Shown here piece by piece: positions 46,527 through 55,304 of a stretch of DNA of 64,000 nt (within the stretch, counting starts at the first letter, position 1; every line of letters starts with the position of its first letter). The notes beneath the pieces were generated by a model that ran no database searches, had not been told where the DNA came from, and was given only the letters and a program-made list of their open reading frames with translations. Source of the DNA: Alphaproteobacteria bacterium (lineage in GTDB: Bacteria > Pseudomonadota > Alphaproteobacteria > GCA-2731375); contig CBDDPY010000002.1 of assembly GCA_965232515.1 (NCBI GenBank), positions 2,432,001 through 2,496,000 of the forward strand, in the 5' to 3' direction. Made by a program: the position numbers and the translations under genes.

Positions 46527-49238
46527 CTACTTCTCCGTCATCGTCCAGACGCCGTCCCAGTCCGGCCCGGGCGGGTGCGCGCGGTAATAGTCGCAGCGGT
46601 CGAGATAGATCTGCGAGGGCTGATCGTCGGGACTGGCCGAAAGCGCGGCGCGGAAACAGCCGGCGGCGGCGTCCCAATCGCCGGCGCGGTATTTCGACAG
46701 CCCATTTGTATAGGCCTCCAGCACCTCCGGCAGGCGCGGGAACGTCTCGTCGGTGTGATAGTCCAGCGCCTCGAACACGGCGACCGGCTCGTCCTTGCCC
46801 TTGACCCGGATCAGATCGATCTCGCGCATCAGCGCGCCGTTGTTCATGTCGCGCACCGTATGCTCGCTCAGCAGAATGCCGCAGCCGTAATACTTGGTCG
46901 CCGATTCCAGCCGCGCCGCCAGGTTCACGCTGTCGCCGATGACCGTGTATTCCATGCGCCGCGGCGAACCGATGCTGCCGGCCACGACGACGCCGGTGCT
47001 GATGCCGATGCCGATGCGGATCGGCGCCCGGTTGTTGGCCGCCCGCCGCGCGTTCAGCGTGCGCAGCGCGATCATCATGTCGTTCGCCGTGCGCACCGCG
47101 TCGTCGGCGTCGTGCGGGCCGTCGAACGGCGCGCCGAACAGCGCCATGATCGCGTCGCCGATGTATTTGTCCAGGATGCCGCCGTGCTGAAAGATGGCGT
47201 CGACCATCTCGGCGAAATACTCGTTCAGCATGGCCACGGTCTCGCGCGCGCCGAGCGATTCCGAAGACGAGGTAAAGCCGCGCACGTCGGAGAACAGGAT
47301 CGAGACCTTCTGATCCTTGCCGCCCAGCTCCGCCTCGCCGCCGGCCAGGAGCTGATCGGCGACCTCCTTGCTCATGTAGCGCGCCATGGTCGTCTTCACG
47401 CGCTTCTCGGATGTGATGTCCTCGATGATCAGCATCGAGCCGATATGCTCATGCTCGAGGCCGATCAGCGGCACCACGGTCAGGTTCATGGACTTGGTCT
47501 CGGCGTCCGCCAGCACGAAGTCGGCATCGACCGAAATATCCTCCTGGCCGGTGTCTTCGACCCGGTCGAGGCTGTCCAGGATCCAGGCGTTGGCGTCCCG
47601 GCAGAGTTCGTCGGCCGTGCGGCCGACCAGTGCCTCCTGCGCCAGCCCGACAAGGCGGCAGGCGGCCTCGTTGACGGTGACGACCCGGCGCTCGTTGTCG
47701 AGCGTGATCAGGCCGTTGCTGGTACTCTCGATAATGCTCTCGTTGTAATTCTTGATCGTCAGCACGTCATCGAACAGCTGCGCGTTCTCCAGCGACATGG
47801 CGATCTGCGCCGTGAACGCCCTGAGTCTCGCCTCGTCTTTCAGCGTGAAGTCGCCGCGGCGCTTGTTCAGCACCTGCGTGACGCCGATGCGGTGGCCGGT
47901 CTTGCTGGCGATCGGCATGCACAACAGGCTGCGCGTGACGAAACCGGTCTGCTGGTCGAAGTCGGGGTTGAAGCGGGGATCGGCGTAGGGGGTCGAGGTA
48001 TTGACGGTCTCGCCGCTGCTGAACACCGCGCCGGCGATGCCGGCGTCGGCCGGGAAGCGGATCTCCTTGTTCTCCAGCCCTTCCGCCACCCGCGACCACA
48101 GCTCGTCGGTCTTGGCGTCGAACACGAACAGCGTGCTGCGCTCGGCATCCAGCAGGTCGGTGGTCGCGCCCATGATCCGGCCCAGCAGCGCGTCGAGCTG
48201 CAGCTCGCCCGAGAGATCGTGCGAGACCTCGAGAATGCGCGCTTCGTCGCGCAGGCCCTCGACCATCAGATTGAAGCCGCGAAACAGGTCGGCGTATTCG
48301 TCGGTGCCCGAGACGCTCAGTTCGGTGTCCAGCTCGCCGTGCTCGACCTTGTGCATGGCGATCGCCAGTTCGGCCGCCGAGCGCGACATCTCGTTCGCCG
48401 TCAGCACCGACATGGCCAGCGCGCCGCCCATGCAGACCAGCACGACGCCGGCGATCCACATCCACAACGGCATCATCATCTCCGCCGTCGCCTCGATGCC
48501 GAGGTCGGCGATCAACAGGTCGATCTTGAAAATCACCGAGGCGGCGAAGAACAGAAGCGGCAGCGCGGCGACGAATACCGACAGGTACATCAGCTTGTTG
48601 CTGAGCTTGATCGATATCAGGTCGTCCTGGTCCGCCCGCTCCAGCCCCTCGCAATAGGGCCAGAGTTGCTGCACCAGGCCGGATGCGCGGCGCGAGATGG
48701 CGAAGAACTCGAAAATGGCGTGCGTCGGCGAGGCGAAGATCAGGATCGTCGCGCCCAGGATCCAGACCTGCCAGGGCTGATAGCCGGTGCCGACGGCGAC
48801 GTTCAGCACGAACATCGCCAGCACCAGCAGGATGGCCGCGGCCGGGCCATGGAAGAACGTCACGCGGATGAACGAATAAAACGGCAGGTTCAGCGTGCGG
48901 GCGATCGCCTTCGACACCTCGGCATTGGGCGGCGTTTCGCCGCGCGCCAGCCGCGTCAGCACCGTCCCGATCGGCGCGTGGTGCCGGGCGATGATGTAGA
49001 TGTCGCCGATGACGTAGATCGCGACGATGACCGGCGTCACGACCAGCAGATAGGCCAGCTGACCGAGCGTCAGTTCCAGGCCGAGCAGCACCAGCAACAG
49101 CGTCACCGCGACAGCCGCGAGCGAGCCCTTGACGTAGATCCAGACCAGATCCCGCAACGTGCCGCCGGCCGTTTTGGCCACGGTCGCGGCACCATCGTCG
49201 GATGCGCGGTGTACGGTCTTGTCGACCATATCGACCAT
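46527..49238 (-). CDS. Class III adenylate cyclase with TM, HAMP, GAF and PAS domains
   Basis: SILFSDVRGFT, DKYIGDAIMALFG, EYTVIGDSVNLAARLES; GAF DQQTGFVTRSLLCMP; C-terminal DWDGVW. Confidence 0.93.
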   Translation of the reverse strand: MVDMVDKTVHRASDDGAATVAKTAGGTLRDLVWIYVKGSLAAVAVTLLLVLLGLELTLGQLAYLLVVTPVIVAIYVIGDIYIIARHHAPIGTVLTRLARGETPPNAEVSKAIARTLNLPFYSFIRVTFFHGPAAAILLVLAMFVLNVAVGTGYQPWQVWILGATILIFASPTHAIFEFFAISRRASGLVQQLWPYCEGLERADQDDLISIKLSNKLMYLSVFVAALPLLFFAASVIFKIDLLIADLGIEATAEMMMPLWMWIAGVVLVCMGGALAMSVLTANEMSRSAAELAIAMHKVEHGELDTELSVSGTDEYADLFRGFNLMVEGLRDEARILEVSHDLSGELQLDALLGRIMGATTDLLDAERSTLFVFDAKTDELWSRVAEGLENKEIRFPADAGIAGAVFSSGETVNTSTPYADPRFNPDFDQQTGFVTRSLLCMPIASKTGHRIGVTQVLNKRRGDFTLKDEARLRAFTAQIAMSLENAQLFDDVLTIKNYNESIIESTSNGLITLDNERRVVTVNEAACRLVGLAQEALVGRTADELCRDANAWILDSLDRVEDTGQEDISVDADFVLADAETKSMNLTVVPLIGLEHEHIGSMLIIEDITSEKRVKTTMARYMSKEVADQLLAGGEAELGGKDQKVSILFSDVRGFTSSSESLGARETVAMLNEYFAEMVDAIFQHGGILDKYIGDAIMALFGAPFDGPHDADDAVRTANDMMIALRTLNARRAANNRAPIRIGIGISTGVVVAGSIGSPRRMEYTVIGDSVNLAARLESATKYYGCGILLSEHTVRDMNNGALMREIDLIRVKGKDEPVAVFEALDYHTDETFPRLPEVLEAYTNGLSKYRAGDWDAAAGCFRAALSASPDDQPSQIYLDRCDYYRAHPPGPDWDGVWTMTEK

Positions 49239-49410
49239 CGCGAATTCGCCCTTGGTATGAGCCACCGGCCCGGCCGGTGTCCCAACTCTGTCGGTTGCTA
49301 GCCCCCCTCATGGGCGACCGCCATGAGGCGCTGATATGGCGTCATAACGCGCGACGAATATTTGACCATATCGCCGCAGACAGGTCTACGCGACGGCACG
49401 CGCCGATGAC

Positions 49411-49426
49411 TGTGAAGCGTGTCACG
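49411..49426. promoter_or_regulatory. CRP-like box TGTGA-AGCGTG-TCACG upstream of the adenylate cyclase
   Basis: 9/10 match to TGTGA-N6-TCACA. Confidence 0.5.
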
Positions 49427-49732
49427 CCCATTGCGTCGCGCCGCCTTGTTCGGCGGGCGACGGCGGCCGGACCGACGCGATCACTTTTTCGTCAATTCAC
49501 GCCCGCGAATCGCCGCGCGGGCGTTTGCGCTTGTCGGCATCCGTCGTTTGACATAACATCGGAAACGTCACGGGAGGTTAAAAAGATGACACCACCCGAC
49601 AAGCCCAACGGCTCCGACAACTAGTCTAGCTTTACAAAAATGATCCCGGCGTCCCACGTCGGGCGGTGAACTTGCAGAGTCACCCATGCGCCCCGCCGAA
49701 TGCGCACCCCGCGCGGCGGGGCTCGCTGTTAT

Positions 49733-50707
49733 TCATGGCTTGTCGCGCCGACGTCCTGACGTCAGCCACATAAGCGGTGTCGCGATCAGTCCCCGCGGCA
49801 GCAGCACGACGGACGCCATGAACACCAGGCCCAGCGCCAGGATCCAGAAGTCGCCGAGCAGTTCGGCGAAGGTGCTCTCCATGAGCCGCACCGCGATCGC
49901 GCCCAAGAACGCCGCCAGCAGCATCTCCTTGCCGCCGAGCGCCACCCAGATCAGCACCTCGGTCGACAGACCGAAGCCGATCAGCGTCGGCGAGGCGAAC
50001 TCGTCGACGGCCACGAACAGCGCACCGGCAAGTCCGGCGATAGCAGCGCCGATCACGAAGACGATCAGACGCAGCGACAACACGTGATAGCCGAAGAAGG
50101 CGAGTCGCCGGGGATCGCCGTGCATGGCGGTCAACACAACGCCGAAGGGTGAGGCCAGCAGGCGGTCGAGCGCCACGTAAACCGCCGCGACCACGGCCAG
50201 CACAAGATAATAGCGCGGCATTTCCTGCCAGAGCTCGATGGATGCGCCGAACAGCCCGAGGTCGATCGGCGGCACGCCTGAGAGACCGTTGTCGGCGCCG
50301 AGCGTGTAGGAACTCTTCAAGGTCTGTTCCAGGATATAGGCGATGGCCAGCGTTACGATGGCGAGATAGGCGCCGCTCAGGCCGCGGCCGAGGAACAGGA
50401 AGTAGCCCAGCAGCGCCGCGAAGCCCGCCGCCGCCAGCACCGCCGCCGCTAGGCCGAGATAGCTCGACGTCAGCACCCCGCCCAACATGCCCATGGTGCA
50501 GGCCGCCATCACGTAACCGCCGATGCCGAAGAACATGGCCTGCCCGAAGCACAGGATTCCGGCACGGCCCCAGACCAGCGACAGCGACATGGCGAACAGG
50601 CCGAAGATCAGGTAGCGGGTGAGCTGCCCGGTCCAGTAATCCGCGCTGACGAGCGGAAACACCGCCAGCGCCAGGAACACCACGGCGGCCAACCACCTAG
50701 GCGCCAT
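49733..50707 (-). CDS. ABC permease (UrtC/LivM-like)
   Basis: LVWGRAGILCFGQAMFFGIGGY, GAYLAIVTLA, IWVALGG. Confidence 0.9.
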   Translation of the reverse strand: MAPRWLAAVVFLALAVFPLVSADYWTGQLTRYLIFGLFAMSLSLVWGRAGILCFGQAMFFGIGGYVMAACTMGMLGGVLTSSYLGLAAAVLAAAGFAALLGYFLFLGRGLSGAYLAIVTLAIAYILEQTLKSSYTLGADNGLSGVPPIDLGLFGASIELWQEMPRYYLVLAVVAAVYVALDRLLASPFGVVLTAMHGDPRRLAFFGYHVLSLRLIVFVIGAAIAGLAGALFVAVDEFASPTLIGFGLSTEVLIWVALGGKEMLLAAFLGAIAVRLMESTFAELLGDFWILALGLVFMASVVLLPRGLIATPLMWLTSGRRRDKP

Positions 50708-51557
50708 CGCGGCCCCCAAGCAGCCCCTGCGGCCGCAGCCGGATGATGATGATCGCCAGCACGAAGACGACGATCTGCGCCACCACCGGCGACAGCCAGA
50801 CCGTCGCCAGGTTGTTGGTGCCGCCAACGAGGCCACCGCCGACCAGCACGCCGGCGAGCGGCCCGGCCCCGCCGACCATGATCGAGATGAAGGCCGGAAT
50901 GAGGTAACCGAGCCCCATCTGCGGATCGACGCTGATCAGCGGCGCCACCAGCGCGCCGGCCAGCCCCGCGACGGCGGTGCCGATGACGAAGCTCGCGCGA
51001 TAGACCCGGCGGGTGTCGACGCCCAAGGCCGCGGCCGTGTCGGGCCGCGCGATCACGGCTCGGGCGACCAGGCCGAAGTCGGTGCGCAGGAAGATCCAGA
51101 ACACGGCCGCGATGATCGCGACGGCGATCGCCATCAGCAGTAGTCGGTAGACCGGATAGGCGAATTCGCCGAGGCTGATCGCGGCGGCCATCGGCGCGAC
51201 CACGCTGTGCGAGGCGGGCCCCCAGATCAGCACCACGGCCTGTTTGAGCGCGATGGACAGGCCCCAGGTCGCCAAAATCGTATCGAGCGGTCGTCGATAG
51301 ATATGTCGGATCAGCGCCGCCTCGATCACCAGGCCGACGGCGCCGACCACGACCGGCGCCGCGGCCACCGCCAGCCAGAACGGCGCGCCGGCCGACTGCA
51401 GCCAGACCACGGTATAGGCGCCCAGCATGAACAGCTCGCCATGCGCCATGTTGATCACGCGCATCATGCCGAACACGACGACCAGCCCCAGCGCGACCAG
51501 CACCAGCACCAGCACGTAGGACGCCATGTTCAGCAGGATGATGGCGGCTTCGGCCAT
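50697..51557 (-). CDS. ABC permease (UrtB/LivH-like)
   Basis: VFGMMRVINMAHGELFMLGAY, TILATWGLS, RPQGL. Confidence 0.92.
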   Translation of the reverse strand: MAEAAIILLNMASYVLVLVLVALGLVVVFGMMRVINMAHGELFMLGAYTVVWLQSAGAPFWLAVAAAPVVVGAVGLVIEAALIRHIYRRPLDTILATWGLSIALKQAVVLIWGPASHSVVAPMAAAISLGEFAYPVYRLLLMAIAVAIIAAVFWIFLRTDFGLVARAVIARPDTAAALGVDTRRVYRASFVIGTAVAGLAGALVAPLISVDPQMGLGYLIPAFISIMVGGAGPLAGVLVGGGLVGGTNNLATVWLSPVVAQIVVFVLAIIIIRLRPQGLLGGRDGA

Positions 51558-51565
51558 GGGGGCGC

Positions 51566-52270
51566 CTACAACGACAGATGCCGGGCGAGGATGGCGGTAT
51601 CGGCCGCGACCTCGGCGGCCGGCGCCGTCTCGACCACGCGGCCGTTATCCATGAAGGCGATGGTTCGCGCCGTGGTCAGCACCAGGTCGACATTCTGCTC
51701 GACCACCAGCACGGTCAGACCGGCGTCAGTCGCGATCCGCGCCACCGTCTCGGCGATCTCGTGCACGATCGACGGCTGGATGCCTTCCGTCGGCTCGTCC
51801 AACAGCAGCATGTCCGGCCGCCGCGCCAGCGCCCGGCCGATCGCCAGCATCTGCTGCTGGCCGCCCGACAGCGTGCCGGCGATCTGTCGCCGCCGCTCGG
51901 CCAGGATTGGGAACCAGTCGTAGACCTCGTCCGGGACCTGGGCGTTGCGGCCGCCCGGCAGGCCAATCAGGCCCAGCCGCAGGTTCTGTTCGACGGTCAG
52001 TTCGTCGAAGATCTCGCGGCCCTGCGGCACGTAGGCGAGACCCTGTCGGGCGATCTCATGCGTCGCCGCGCCGGTGATGTCCCGGTCCTTGAACCGGATC
52101 TCGCCCCGCCGCGCCGGCAACAGGCCCATGCAGGTCCGCAGCAGCGTCGTCTTGCCCATGCCGTTGCGGCCCATCAGCGCCACGACGCCGCCGGCCGGCA
52201 CCTCCAGATCGACGCCATGCAGCACCGTCGCCCGGCCGTATCCCCCCGTCAGACCGCGCACGCGCAGCAT
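51566..52270 (-). CDS. ABC ATP-binding protein (UrtE/LivF-like)
   Basis: GRNGMGKT, LSGGQQQ, LLLDEPTEGIQP. Confidence 0.93.
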   Translation of the reverse strand: MLRVRGLTGGYGRATVLHGVDLEVPAGGVVALMGRNGMGKTTLLRTCMGLLPARRGEIRFKDRDITGAATHEIARQGLAYVPQGREIFDELTVEQNLRLGLIGLPGGRNAQVPDEVYDWFPILAERRRQIAGTLSGGQQQMLAIGRALARRPDMLLLDEPTEGIQPSIVHEIAETVARIATDAGLTVLVVEQNVDLVLTTARTIAFMDNGRVVETAPAAEVAADTAILARHLSL

Positions 52271-52999
52271 TCAGCGGCCCCGGCCGAAATAGAGCTCGCG
52301 CACCTCGGCGTCGGCCCGGATGGTCGCGTAATCGCCAGAGCGCAGGATCTGTCCCTTGGCCATCACCGTCACCGGGCAGCCCAGGTCCTGCAGGAACGCC
52401 ATGTCGTGCTCGATGACCAGCACCGTGACGTCGCCCCCGTCGGCGAGCCGGCCGATCAGCTCGGCCGTCGCCGCGGTCTCGGTCATGGTCATGCCGGCGG
52501 TCGGCTCGTCCAGCAGTAAGAGCCGCGCGCGGGAAGCCAGCAGCATGGCGATCTCCAGCCACTGCCGTTCGCCATGCGACAGTTCGCCCGCCGGCAGATC
52601 GCGTTTGCCGTCGAGGCCGACCTGTTCCAGCGCGGCTATCGGCATATCCGTGTCGGCAGCGCCCCAATAGGACAGCCCTGCGCGGGCCCAGGCCGGCACC
52701 GCCAGATTCTGGGCCACGCTCAGCGCGTCGAACACGGCCGGCACCTGGAACTTCCGGCCGATGCCGCGCCGCGCGATATCGTGCGGCGGCAGGCCGGTGA
52801 TTTCGGCGCCGTCGAAGAACACCTGGCCGCCGCTCGGCGCCAGGGCGCCGCTGATCAGGTTGAAGAGCGTCGACTTGCCGCAACCATTTGGTCCAACAAG
52901 CGCGTGCAGGGCGCCCGCCTCGAGGCTGAAATCGACGCCGTCGACGGCGGCCAGACCGCCGAAATCCTTTCGCAGATCAACCGTTTGCAGCAGTGGCAC
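52271..52999 (-). CDS. ABC ATP-binding protein (UrtD/LivG-like)
   Basis: GPNGCGKST, LSHGERQWLE, LLDEPTAGM, IEHDM; GTG start after GAGGGG. Confidence 0.92.
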   Translation of the reverse strand: MPLLQTVDLRKDFGGLAAVDGVDFSLEAGALHALVGPNGCGKSTLFNLISGALAPSGGQVFFDGAEITGLPPHDIARRGIGRKFQVPAVFDALSVAQNLAVPAWARAGLSYWGAADTDMPIAALEQVGLDGKRDLPAGELSHGERQWLEIAMLLASRARLLLLDEPTAGMTMTETAATAELIGRLADGGDVTVLVIEHDMAFLQDLGCPVTVMAKGQILRSGDYATIRADAEVRELYFGRGR

Positions 53000-53071
53000 A
53001 GGTCCCCTCGGCTTTCGACCCGCTGAGCAAACGGCGGCGGGCGCGCCATCATTCCCGAATTCAGGCCGGCG

Positions 53072-53120
53072 GGCAAAATTCAATTGCCTTCGGTCCGGCC
53101 TGCGGGAAACAATTCGTGCA
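53072..53120. promoter_or_regulatory. Tandem NtrC-like 17-bp sites
   Basis: GGCAAAATTCAATTGCC (53072-53088) and GGGAAACAATTCGTGCA (53104-53120), 32 bp apart, between divergent ABC genes. Confidence 0.35.
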
Positions 53121-53178
53121 ATAATTCGGTCATAGAACGGCGCGCACGCGCCGGCGCCCAACGTATGGGAGAACAAGA

Positions 53179-54363
53179 ATGATGAAAATCAATCGTCGTA
53201 AGTTCCTGGCAACCGGCGCGGCCGCCGGTATTGCAGCGTTCCCGATGCCCGCCATCTCGCAGGGCAAGACCGTCAAGGTCGGCGCCGCGCAGCCGTTCTC
53301 CGGCGGCCTCGAGCTGTTCGGCGCGCAGGCCCGCTTCGGCCTCGACCTCGCCGCGTCCGAGATCAACGCCGCCGGCGGCATCATGGGCCACAAGGTCGAG
53401 ATCATCTACGAAGACATGAAGACCGACCCCAAGACCGCCGCCGAGAAGGCCCGCAAGCTGATCCAGCGCGACGAGGTCATCGCCGTCTCCGGCCCGATCA
53501 CCTCATCGGGCCGCAACGCCATGGTGCCGCATATGCAGCGCCTGAAGACGCCGCTGCTCTACGCCACCAATTACGAGGGCGCGGACGACCAGGGCGGCGG
53601 CTGCGGCCGCTACCTGTTCTTCTTCAACACCGTGCCCAACCAGGACACGGCGCCGCTGATCCCCTACCTAAAGGACCAGGGCATCGGCACGTCCTACTAC
53701 ATGTTCGGCGCCAACTACGTCTGGCCGCGCAACATGTTCAAGGCGGCGAAGGACATGATCGGCCAGATCGGTGGCGAGACGCTGGCCGAGGAATACACGC
53801 CCTTCGGCGTCAAGGACTTCACCTCGGTGATCAAGAAGGTCTCCGACTCCGACTGCGACATCCTGCTGTTCGCGCTGCCCGGCGCCGACGGCATCACCTT
53901 CATCAAGCAGGCGGAAGAATTCGGCCTGACGAAAAAGCTCACGATCGCCTTCCTCGGCTTCTCCGAGACCTATCTCGGCGCCTTCGGCGCCGGCAAGGGC
54001 GAGAACATGTATGTCGGCGTGCCGTTCGTCGCCTCCAGCGACGATCCCGGCGTCAAGGACTTCGTCGCCCGCGTGCGCGCCATGCACGGGGCCGACGCCG
54101 GCGTCTCGCACTACGTGATGACGCACTACAACTCGCTGATGGCGCTGAAGGCGGGCCTGGAGAAATCCGGCAGCATCGACCGCGAGGCCGCGGTCGACGG
54201 CATGTCGGGCCTGTCCTTCGACATCCCCACCGGCAAGGCGACGATCACCGAGGCCGACCACCACGTGATCATGAACATGTATATCGCCAAGACCGACGGC
54301 GGCAGCCTCAAGGTCATCAAACCCCTCGGCCCCATCGCCCCGATTTCACACTGCAAGGCGTGA
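53179..54363 (+). CDS. Tat-exported substrate-binding protein (UrtA/AmiC/LivJ-like)
   Basis: NRRKFL twin-arginine signal; EINAAGGIMG, YATNYEG, GANYVWP. Confidence 0.9.
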   Translation: MMKINRRKFLATGAAAGIAAFPMPAISQGKTVKVGAAQPFSGGLELFGAQARFGLDLAASEINAAGGIMGHKVEIIYEDMKTDPKTAAEKARKLIQRDEVIAVSGPITSSGRNAMVPHMQRLKTPLLYATNYEGADDQGGGCGRYLFFFNTVPNQDTAPLIPYLKDQGIGTSYYMFGANYVWPRNMFKAAKDMIGQIGGETLAEEYTPFGVKDFTSVIKKVSDSDCDILLFALPGADGITFIKQAEEFGLTKKLTIAFLGFSETYLGAFGAGKGENMYVGVPFVASSDDPGVKDFVARVRAMHGADAGVSHYVMTHYNSLMALKAGLEKSGSIDREAAVDGMSGLSFDIPTGKATITEADHHVIMNMYIAKTDGGSLKVIKPLGPIAPISHCKA

Positions 54364-54374
54364 TGAGTGCCGTA

Positions 54375-54498
54375 GCCCTCACCCTCCCACGAGCTGACGC
54401 TCGCGGGTCCCTCCCTCTCCCGCAAGCGGGAGAGGGGCAACAAACCGCGGCGGCAGCAGCTCCCTCTCCCGTTTACGGGAGAGGGATGGGGTGAGGGC
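54375..54498. repeat. Composite palindromic intergenic element
   Basis: Terminal GCCCTCACCC/GGGTGAGGGC; internal hairpins CCCTCTCCCGC-AA-GCGGGAGAGGG (54413-54436) and TCCCTCTCCCGT-TT-ACGGGAGAGGGA (54461-54486). Confidence 0.85.
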
Positions 54499-54554
54499 AA
54501 TCGAGTGATCCGCTTTATTCCGACTGCGATACTGACCATCAAGGACTCCCCACC

Positions 54555-55304
54555 ATGACCGACAGCCCGACCGCGAAGCTGACGCAGGACCTGGCCGCGG
54601 CCATGCCGCTCGCCTACGAAAGCCTGACGCTGCAATCCCAGCGCGTCGGCATGGTCATCGTCGACGAGGTCAACGGCTTCGCCACGGTCGGCGCCGGCAA
54701 CCTGGCGCCGCCGGTCGAGAACCCGCAGGTCTCGAAGATGGTCGCCGAGACCGACCGGCTGGCCCGCGACTTCTCGACCCGCGGCTGGCCGGTGCTCGCG
54801 TTCCTCGACACGCACGTGCCCGGCAAGCCCGAACCGCCCTACCCGCCGCATTGCGAGGCCGGCACCGGCGAGGAAGAGCTGGTGCCCGAGCTCGAATGGC
54901 TGACCGATGATCCGAACGCCACGCTGGTGCGCAAGGACTGCATCAACGGCTTCGTCGGCGCCTTCCAGGCCGACGGCAGCAACGCCGTCGTCGACTGGGT
55001 CAGGCGGCACCAGCTGGAGCAGATCCTGGTCGTCGGCATCTGCACCGACATCTGCGTTATGGATTTTGTGCTGACCATGCTGTCGGCCCGCAACCACGAC
55101 ATGATGCCGGGCCTGGCCGACATCCTGGTCTACGAAGGCGGCTGCTCGACCTACGACCTGCCGCGGGCCACCGCCGAGAGTATCGGCTACGGCGCCGCCG
55201 CCGCGCACCCGCAGGACGTGACCCACTATATGGGCCTCTACTTCATGGCTTCCCGCGGCGCCCGCCTGGTCGACTCCGTCGCCGTCGCCGCCCAGGCCGC
55301 TTAG
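54555..55304 (+). CDS. Isochorismatase family cysteine hydrolase, plant NIC1-type nicotinamidase
   Basis: IVDEVNGF, GAGNLAP, PYPPHC, RKDCINGFVG, VVGICTDICV, LSARNH, HPQ; Asp-Lys-Cys triad present. Confidence 0.85.
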   Translation: MTDSPTAKLTQDLAAAMPLAYESLTLQSQRVGMVIVDEVNGFATVGAGNLAPPVENPQVSKMVAETDRLARDFSTRGWPVLAFLDTHVPGKPEPPYPPHCEAGTGEEELVPELEWLTDDPNATLVRKDCINGFVGAFQADGSNAVVDWVRRHQLEQILVVGICTDICVMDFVLTMLSARNHDMMPGLADILVYEGGCSTYDLPRATAESIGYGAAAAHPQDVTHYMGLYFMASRGARLVDSVAVAAQAA

